A program made the translations under genes and the position numbers. The notes beneath the pieces were generated by a model. That model was not told the DNA's origin and did no database searches. It saw only the letters and a list, made by a program, of their open reading frames with translations. From Promethearchaeota archaeon (GTDB lineage: Archaea; Asgardarchaeota; Lokiarchaeia; Sigyniarchaeales; SOKP01), in assembly GCA_030599585.1 (NCBI GenBank), contig JAUVNS010000003.1, forward strand, positions 192,001 through 256,000: a stretch of DNA of 64,000 nt, given 5' to 3'. Below are positions 58,044-64,000 of the stretch, piece by piece. The number at the start of each line of letters is the position of its first letter. Position 1 is the first letter of the stretch.

Positions 58044-58169
58044 TGGTCCCCCCTCTCGGATTTGAGCCGAGGACCCCGCGGTATCGGCTGACAATACTTC
58101 ATAGGTAAGAACCTTAGTATGCGATGTTGATCTACAGCCGCGTGCTCTGACCAGCTGAGCTAAGGGGGG
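58044..58169 (-). tRNA. trnY: tRNA-Tyr(GTA) with 49-nt anticodon-loop intron (about 58083..58131), CCA encoded
   Basis: acceptor CCCCCCT/AGGGGGG+ACCA; anticodon stem CGCGG/CCGCG with loop CTGTAG^A; C1:G72 identity pair. Confidence 0.92.
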
Positions 58170-58405
58170 TAAATTTTCGATATATGTTTTAATTAATAAA
58201 GTAATATAATTTTTACGATTTTCTTTTAGATGTAGCATGAATGAAAGGAATTTATAAATTACAAAAATAAATCTTTTCAATCTTGGTAGATTTTGTAATT
58301 TGTTCTGTTTGTAATAAAAATCAAAAATAGCACAAATTTTTTTAAAGAAAACTCTAACTAGATAGTTATTACAATTGAAAAAATTCAAATAAAAAGTGAA
58401 ATTTA

Positions 58406-58915
58406 ATGCGAGAAGAAACCGATTATACGGAAGCGATCGAAACGTACAAGGATGATGCTTACATAATCATCGAACCATGGGGGCGCAGTATCGATCACCT
58501 TCGACTTACAATAATAGGCAAGGAAGGAACGCCTTACGGAAAAGGTCGATTCATCTTTGAGGTGAAATTCCCAGAAAATTATCCATTTGCCCCTCCATAC
58601 GCATACGCAGTTACACTAATGTGGCACCCTAATATCGATTCATCTATACCGCCAGGAAAACTTAATATTTGTTTAGATCTGATTAATCCTGACCTTGTTG
58701 GAAAGGTTGACGCCTCAACAGGGGCTTCAGGTTGGACTCCGAGTAAAACTCTAACTAATATCATAGAAGCCTTAAAAGGAATGATGCATGTTGAACCACC
58801 TTTCTTTAACCCCGGAGATCCTCTTAACCACGAGGCCGGTGAGCAATATTTTAGAGCTCAAAAGAAGTTTGAATCAAAAGCTAAATCTTGGACTTCTAAA
58901 TATGCCATGGATTAG
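58406..58915 (+). CDS. ubiquitin-conjugating enzyme E2
   Basis: GTPY.KG.F, FPENYPFAPP, HPNI..ICLD (catalytic Cys), WTP, PLN.EA. Confidence 0.95.
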   Translation: MREETDYTEAIETYKDDAYIIIEPWGRSIDHLRLTIIGKEGTPYGKGRFIFEVKFPENYPFAPPYAYAVTLMWHPNIDSSIPPGKLNICLDLINPDLVGKVDASTGASGWTPSKTLTNIIEALKGMMHVEPPFFNPGDPLNHEAGEQYFRAQKKFESKAKSWTSKYAMD

Positions 58916-59011
58916 GATTAATAACTATTTTTTATCCCTTATTTTTGTTTTCTAATAATCTTTATAATACTGATTTGATTAAACCCAATAAATGATATTT
59001 GTGAGATAATA

Positions 59012-59884
59012 ATGTTAAAGAAGTCGAAGGGATTAAAATCAAGATTGATTGAACTGACCAAATTCGATATAAAAGATCTAAAAGGTCCATACTCTGAAAA
59101 TGTAAAGAGGATTATTCCAAAAGTCTTTAATACGATTCGGAAAGCGATTTCAACCTATAAAAAGGAAATTAAAGACCTTCCTGAAGGCGTTCAGTCTGCT
59201 CCCCAAGAGTTTTGGGACGAAATTATGGTTCAAGCTAAAGAACTAGGCATCGATCTTATAGGATTTGCTCCCATAGATGAAGGTTTTATCTTTGAGAACG
59301 ATCATATTGGTGGAATCGATGTTTTGTACGAGAACGCAATCGTATTGGGGATGGAGATGGACTACGAAGCTATAGAAACAGCACCTGAACCTCCAGCAGG
59401 AATTGAATCTCTAAATATTTATGCAGAGTTAGGTGAAGCCACTAATAAATTAACAGCCTTTATACGATCAAAAGGATATCGAGCAATTGGTTGTCATCCT
59501 CTTGGAGGGCCAATCTTATATCCTGCTATGGCAGTAAAAGCGGGATTAGGTAAAATAGGAAGGCAAGGACTTTTAATTACTAAAAAATTCGGTCCTAGGC
59601 AAAGGTTATCTGTGATTTCAGTTAATATATCTCCTCTTCCAGAAGTTGTTCAAGAACCTGTTGATATCGAGCAATACTGCAAAAAATGTAAAAGATGCCT
59701 TAATCTGTGCCCTGTGAGCGCAATTTACGACGAACCAATCGTTAAAGAAAACGGCACTGTTACCCGGATCGACGGTGAAAAGTGTATAGAATACTTTTAC
59801 AAAACTATGGGGTGTTCTGTGTGCATTAAAGAATGTCCTTTTCATAAAATAGGATATAAGGCACAATTCTATGCTCGCTTATGA
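59012..59884 (+). CDS. QueG/reductive-dehalogenase-like cobalamin-dependent 2x[4Fe-4S] protein
   Basis: AVKAGLGKIGR.GLLIT.KFGPR, CKKCKRC..CP, C..CSVCIKECP. Confidence 0.82.
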   Translation: MLKKSKGLKSRLIELTKFDIKDLKGPYSENVKRIIPKVFNTIRKAISTYKKEIKDLPEGVQSAPQEFWDEIMVQAKELGIDLIGFAPIDEGFIFENDHIGGIDVLYENAIVLGMEMDYEAIETAPEPPAGIESLNIYAELGEATNKLTAFIRSKGYRAIGCHPLGGPILYPAMAVKAGLGKIGRQGLLITKKFGPRQRLSVISVNISPLPEVVQEPVDIEQYCKKCKRCLNLCPVSAIYDEPIVKENGTVTRIDGEKCIEYFYKTMGCSVCIKECPFHKIGYKAQFYARL

Positions 59885-59967
59885 ATCCATTATGAAATTC
59901 TCTGTTAAACCTTAATTTGGTTAAAAAATTTATATAATTATTAATAGAAGAACATTATTCCGAGCGT

Positions 59968-60585
59968 ATGACAAAAAAGATACCATATTCATTTACAGAA
60001 AAGAAAGTTATTGTTTTCGACTTAGACGGTACCATTGTAAGATTGGTCGCTGATTGGCATTCGTTATTTAAGGCTTTAAATTCCCGATTTATTGAAAAAT
60101 ATCAAAAAGCTATCAATCACGAAAGTATGTCGGCAATCCTCTCTAGTGTCGTTAAGTTAGGGGATGAGGAAGAACTTCAACTAAATTTTAACCTTATTCA
60201 GCAATACGAACTTGAAAACATAACAAGTAACCAGCCCATTAAGGAAGTTATTTATTTTATTAATAATAAAGAGTTATTTGGAGTATCTCCTAATGCTAAA
60301 TTGGCAGTTTTTTCGCTAAACACGCGATCTACTATTCTCAAATCACTTGAAATGGCAGGAATCCTTGATAAATTTGAATTTTTTGTAGGGCGAGAAGACG
60401 TTAGAAAATGGAAACCTGAACCCGATGGTTTATTGAAGATCTTAGATTACTTCAAAGTTGATGCTAAAGAAATGATCTATTTTGGCGATTTAGAGAAAGA
60501 TTTATTAGCGGGAGCCAAGGCAGGAGTCGAATCTTACTACATTGACACTCTCATTAATCTTGTAAGAAATATAAAAAAATCCTAA
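59968..60585 (+). CDS. HAD family phosphatase
   Basis: FDLDGT, KPEPDG, GD...D. Confidence 0.93.
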   Translation: MTKKIPYSFTEKKVIVFDLDGTIVRLVADWHSLFKALNSRFIEKYQKAINHESMSAILSSVVKLGDEEELQLNFNLIQQYELENITSNQPIKEVIYFINNKELFGVSPNAKLAVFSLNTRSTILKSLEMAGILDKFEFFVGREDVRKWKPEPDGLLKILDYFKVDAKEMIYFGDLEKDLLAGAKAGVESYYIDTLINLVRNIKKS

Positions 60586-60623
60586 CAATAGTGATTGGAG
60601 TTTACATAAAGGAATAGCAACTT

Positions 60624-62204
60624 TTACATGAAAGTAATAATCACATTGTATTTTTTAATTTCTGATTCTACTTTAGCCTTACCAAGTGGAGTGAGAGTTA
60701 CTATATCGTTGCTTTTTATTTTTAGTGTCGTTAGTTTTATGGTTGGGTCTTTAAATTCACCACTCATGTAAGGATTCCAATACATTTCTTTATTAACAGG
60801 ATTGGTGATCATCCAGAGAATGGGTTCTATCTCGTGACCTACTATTCTCATAGCTTTGAAAATATAGCCTATATCGGCATCAAAAGGAACGACTAATTGT
60901 ACATTTTCTTCGCCTTCAATATCTCCACAAGCTAAACAATCTCCCCGCTTTGTAATATGTAATTGATCAAATTGGCCGTAAACGCCATTATAATTAATAT
61001 AAGGAGGATCCATAGGTGGGCCGATATTTCTCCCATGTAATCGAAATAACAATTTTAAGGCTTCTTGTGATTGAATGCTAGAAATTATAGAACTCACTGA
61101 TTGAATTGCTGCAATTTTATTACCTAGGATATTTTCCATTTCTTCAAATTTATAATCTTCTCCGAATGTATCTTTAATATTTTCTTTCCACTCTGTAATC
61201 TCTTCTGGCGTAAGCGTTTCCAACTTCTCTTCAGAAACGTTCTCCTTGAAAACTCTGCCCCTTAAAGCCTCCAATTCTTTTTGAGCTAAAGCCTTTAAAT
61301 TTACCACGTCATCGTCAACATTCATATCCGGTTTAAAACCGTATTCTTTTTCGAAGATAACCTCCGCTTTTATAACGCAATGGTTTCTATTCCTTGGAAG
61401 CCCTTTTAAAGTACACGCCGCAACTAATTTATCGTCGGCAGGAGGGATTGGAACTAAACATCGGTAACAAGGCGTTATATTTATAACATCCTCAGCGTAT
61501 TTTTTATCAAATTCTTCTTCTACTTGTTTTCTTACTAACCTTCTAAACGGTTCGAGTTTTTCTTGCTTCAATCTCTCTATCAAGTATTCTAGTTGTTCTA
61601 TTTCTTTTTGTGCATCTAAGTACTCTGGATTATCATATTCCCACATTATCATGTCTACAACATTTTCGATTTCAAATTCTCTATTTTTATATTCGAGCCC
61701 TGAATCTTTAGGGATGACTACTTGTACGTGACCCTCAAACCCTACTGTTCCTCCCTCTACCATTGGTTTTTTTATCCGAAGACAAATTTTATTCAAATCT
61801 AACCTTGCATTAAAGTTATCTAAGGCAGCAATGATGACATCGCATTCTTCGTACACTGACATTGCTAATTTCTGGAGCTTTTCAAAATAAAAATCAACAT
61901 TCAAGAATGGATTCATATCTTTTAGCCTCTCAGCTGCGACTTCTGCTTTAGGACGACCCTCATCCCCCGGTTTGAATAACATTTGGCGGGATAAATTAGA
62001 TGTTTCAATGGTATCGAGGTCTACTAAAACTATTTTTCCAATACCCATTAATGCAAAATCCTTTGCTATTTCGCAACCTAAAGCTCCTACACCAACGATC
62101 ATGACACAACCTTTACTTACAATTTCTTGATCCCAACCGTCGATTAATTGTTGACGGGCGTACATCCGGGATTTTCTGATATCTTCCTTATTTGTTACTG
62201 TCAT
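60624..62204 (-). CDS. ubiquitin-activating E1-like enzyme (ThiF domain, catalytic Cys, C-terminal UFD-like domain)
   Basis: YARQ, GVGALG, DTIETSNLSRQ, CYRC, ACTLKGLPR..HC, CLAC. Confidence 0.92.
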   Translation of the reverse strand: MTVTNKEDIRKSRMYARQQLIDGWDQEIVSKGCVMIVGVGALGCEIAKDFALMGIGKIVLVDLDTIETSNLSRQMLFKPGDEGRPKAEVAAERLKDMNPFLNVDFYFEKLQKLAMSVYEECDVIIAALDNFNARLDLNKICLRIKKPMVEGGTVGFEGHVQVVIPKDSGLEYKNREFEIENVVDMIMWEYDNPEYLDAQKEIEQLEYLIERLKQEKLEPFRRLVRKQVEEEFDKKYAEDVINITPCYRCLVPIPPADDKLVAACTLKGLPRNRNHCVIKAEVIFEKEYGFKPDMNVDDDVVNLKALAQKELEALRGRVFKENVSEEKLETLTPEEITEWKENIKDTFGEDYKFEEMENILGNKIAAIQSVSSIISSIQSQEALKLLFRLHGRNIGPPMDPPYINYNGVYGQFDQLHITKRGDCLACGDIEGEENVQLVVPFDADIGYIFKAMRIVGHEIEPILWMITNPVNKEMYWNPYMSGEFKDPTIKLTTLKIKSNDIVTLTPLGKAKVESEIKKYNVIITFM

Positions 62205-62499
62205 TTTTAATATCCCTAAATTTTATTACAATATATATTAATTATCCTTCACGAAAATTTAAATTCTTTTAGTGTTTCTTTTTGAGAAAGCCTTGTTTAA
62301 TCAATATCATCCATATAGCTCTCCCTATTTTCCAATTTTTACTTATTGGTATTTTCAGATGTAATGTTTCTCTTCCAGACGATTTGCACTTAACAAGTTG
62401 GAATTACAGTGTTGTCAGGAATTAATATTATAGGTTTAGTTTACGAAAGAATATTATATAAAAAAGTAAACAAAAGAGATATAGGTTAAGAAATTAATA

Positions 62500-63999
62500 T
62501 TATTTGTTTTTTGAAATATCCTTCAACATTTTCTTTATTTCGTCTGCTTTTTCTTTATCCTTAGCAAGTTCGGCTTCCTTTTTCTTGTCTTCTACTGATT
62601 TTTTTGATTTAGACAATTCAAGTGTTAATTCTTGCTTCAAAGTTAATAAGTTCTGCATGTCCTTACGGAATTCCTTTGATTTAGAAATAACTAGTTCTTT
62701 TCTCTGTAGAGACTGAAACTCTTCTTTTCCCTTTTTAATTTTAATTAGGTTTGAAATTTCTCCTGATAATATACTTACTTCTTTTATTGTACCTTTAATT
62801 TTTTGTGTTTCCTCTTTCTTTTTACGCTCATCTTTTAACTTCTGGTTTTCTAGTTCTTCGTGTATTTTTTTTATTCTCTGATTACTTTCTATTACTTTTT
62901 GCTCGAATTTTTTCGCGTTCTCAATCTCTTTCTTAATGAATTTTGTTTGTTCGCTCCAACCAATTGCTTTAAACTTAGTAATGGCGGTATTAAATTTCAA
63001 GTAAGCAGCCTTAAACTCATATTTAGCTATCATTTCTTTCCCTTCATCTATAAGCCTTAATCCTTCTTCTTTTATTTTTTCATTTTGTTTCTGAGTTTCG
63101 TATAACTTCTTAAATTTCTTTTGTTGCTCTCCCTTTCTAATCTCAGTTTCCATTTGTTGTTTCCTTATCTCTTCGCGAAAAAGTTCATATTCTCGTTGTC
63201 TTTTAATGTTAATCTCTTCTTCTATTTTTTTCTTTTCTAAGTAATTTTCTTTTTCATGGATTAAATCGTTGATTAAAGTGGTTAAATTAGTAATTTCGGG
63301 TTCCCAACCTATTTTTTCAGCTAACAAATTTCTTGCTTGAATGTACAAAGATATTGCTTTATCGTAATCAGGAGTGCTCATTTTGATATATTTTCCGCCA
63401 TCTTCTAGAAGTGAATATGCTGCTTCTCTAAATGTCAATTGGTCTTGAATAATTCTCTCTCTTTGTTTAGTTGCAATCTGCTGAGCTTTCTTCTTTTCCC
63501 TTTCTTGATGTCTTCTTTCCTTTAAGATGCTTTCCAAATTCCTTTCCTCTTTTAGCAGTTCTAATTCTCTTTTTAACTTTTGCTCCTTCTCTCGTCCTCT
63601 TCGTCTTTTAAGCACTTCCGCTTTTACGATCATGCTGCTAATGGAATCTGTTGGAAAATTGATTTCATTTAGAATAAACATCGCCTTCCGATAACTCATA
63701 ATAGCTAATTCGAACTTAGAATTGTTAATGTGTAGTTCAGCGTCATCTAAAATATTAAAAGCTTCCTCTTTCTTTCTTTCTACAAGGACTTGCGTTAAAA
63801 TTAATTTTTCAACTTCAACCTTTTTTAACTTTAAGCGCTCTCTTTCTCTGCTGATATTTTCCGCAACTTTCTTTTGAAAATCAATCTCCTCACGCTCTTT
63901 TTCAAGTTTTCGTTCAAGTACTTTTTGTTTTTGGAGGTCATTGACTCTCTTCTTCTCTTTAAATCGTGCAATTAACTCTTTAATCGAATTTGTAGGGTA
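62500..63999 (-). CDS. large coiled-coil/helical-repeat protein, 5' end outside the window
   Basis: frame stays open from 63699 to the window edge; recurring A..L.D.G....Y..A units. Confidence 0.85.
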   Translation of the reverse strand, partial: YPTNSIKELIARFKEKKRVNDLQKQKVLERKLEKEREEIDFQKKVAENISRERERLKLKKVEVEKLILTQVLVERKKEEAFNILDDAELHINNSKFELAIMSYRKAMFILNEINFPTDSISSMIVKAEVLKRRRGREKEQKLKRELELLKEERNLESILKERRHQEREKKKAQQIATKQRERIIQDQLTFREAAYSLLEDGGKYIKMSTPDYDKAISLYIQARNLLAEKIGWEPEITNLTTLINDLIHEKENYLEKKKIEEEINIKRQREYELFREEIRKQQMETEIRKGEQQKKFKKLYETQKQNEKIKEEGLRLIDEGKEMIAKYEFKAAYLKFNTAITKFKAIGWSEQTKFIKKEIENAKKFEQKVIESNQRIKKIHEELENQKLKDERKKKEETQKIKGTIKEVSILSGEISNLIKIKKGKEEFQSLQRKELVISKSKEFRKDMQNLLTLKQELTLELSKSKKSVEDKKKEAELAKDKEKADEIKKMLKDISKNK

Positions 64000-64000
64000 G

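Noticed and set aside
58020-58388. 122-aa ORF in the track
   Set aside because: Runs through tRNA-Tyr and its AT-rich promoter
62269-62402. Open frame upstream of E1 (..ETLHLKIPISKNWKIG..) considered as a ubiquitin-like gene
   Set aside because: Too short, no suitable start at the 5' end and no C-terminal GG
856-63060. Many 60-137 aa ORFs antisense to or nested in longer genes (e.g. 1540..1911, 32940..33317, 51107..51520)
   Set aside because: Shadow frames of well-supported genes, with no motifs
1-64000. CRISPR arrays, rRNA, transposases/integrases, selenoprotein UGA read-through
   Set aside because: No repeat-spacer array, rRNA-like block, recombinase motif or UGA-interrupted conserved ORF seen by eye

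Overview
AT-rich, gene-dense archaeal DNA that reads as Asgard (Lokiarchaeia/Promethearchaeia-like). Evidence: standalone eS30, a GPN-loop GTPase, TrmB, an intron-containing tRNA-Tyr with C1:G72, ubiquitin-type E1 and E2, a Rab-like domain, LRR/TPR/zinc-ribbon proteins and an IPGY+TM (Loki-CTERM-type) tail. The window holds about 58 CDS and 2 tRNAs; I saw no rRNA, CRISPR array or intact mobile element. The two best candidates for an undescribed system are (1) a divergent cluster at 35.8-42.8 kb where a PEP-synthase/dikinase-type phosphotransferase is split into free ATP-grasp and phospho-His subunits, next to an unknown 385-aa protein, a beta-barrel hydratase/cyclase-like protein, two Fe-S proteins and a CocE hydrolase; and (2) a tight three-gene cassette at 43.6-46.1 kb (TIGR04255-like + unknown + 'QGD..SQxCD' protein) that looks like a tripartite toxin/defence module. 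Other points: a Rab-like pseudo-GTPase facing a longin/roadblock-like gene, a GPN GTPase that seems to need an ATT start, IFT52-like, Whirly-like and MIT-like proteins, several missed small ORFs and four structured intergenic elements. All family calls come from motifs read by eye; no searches were run.
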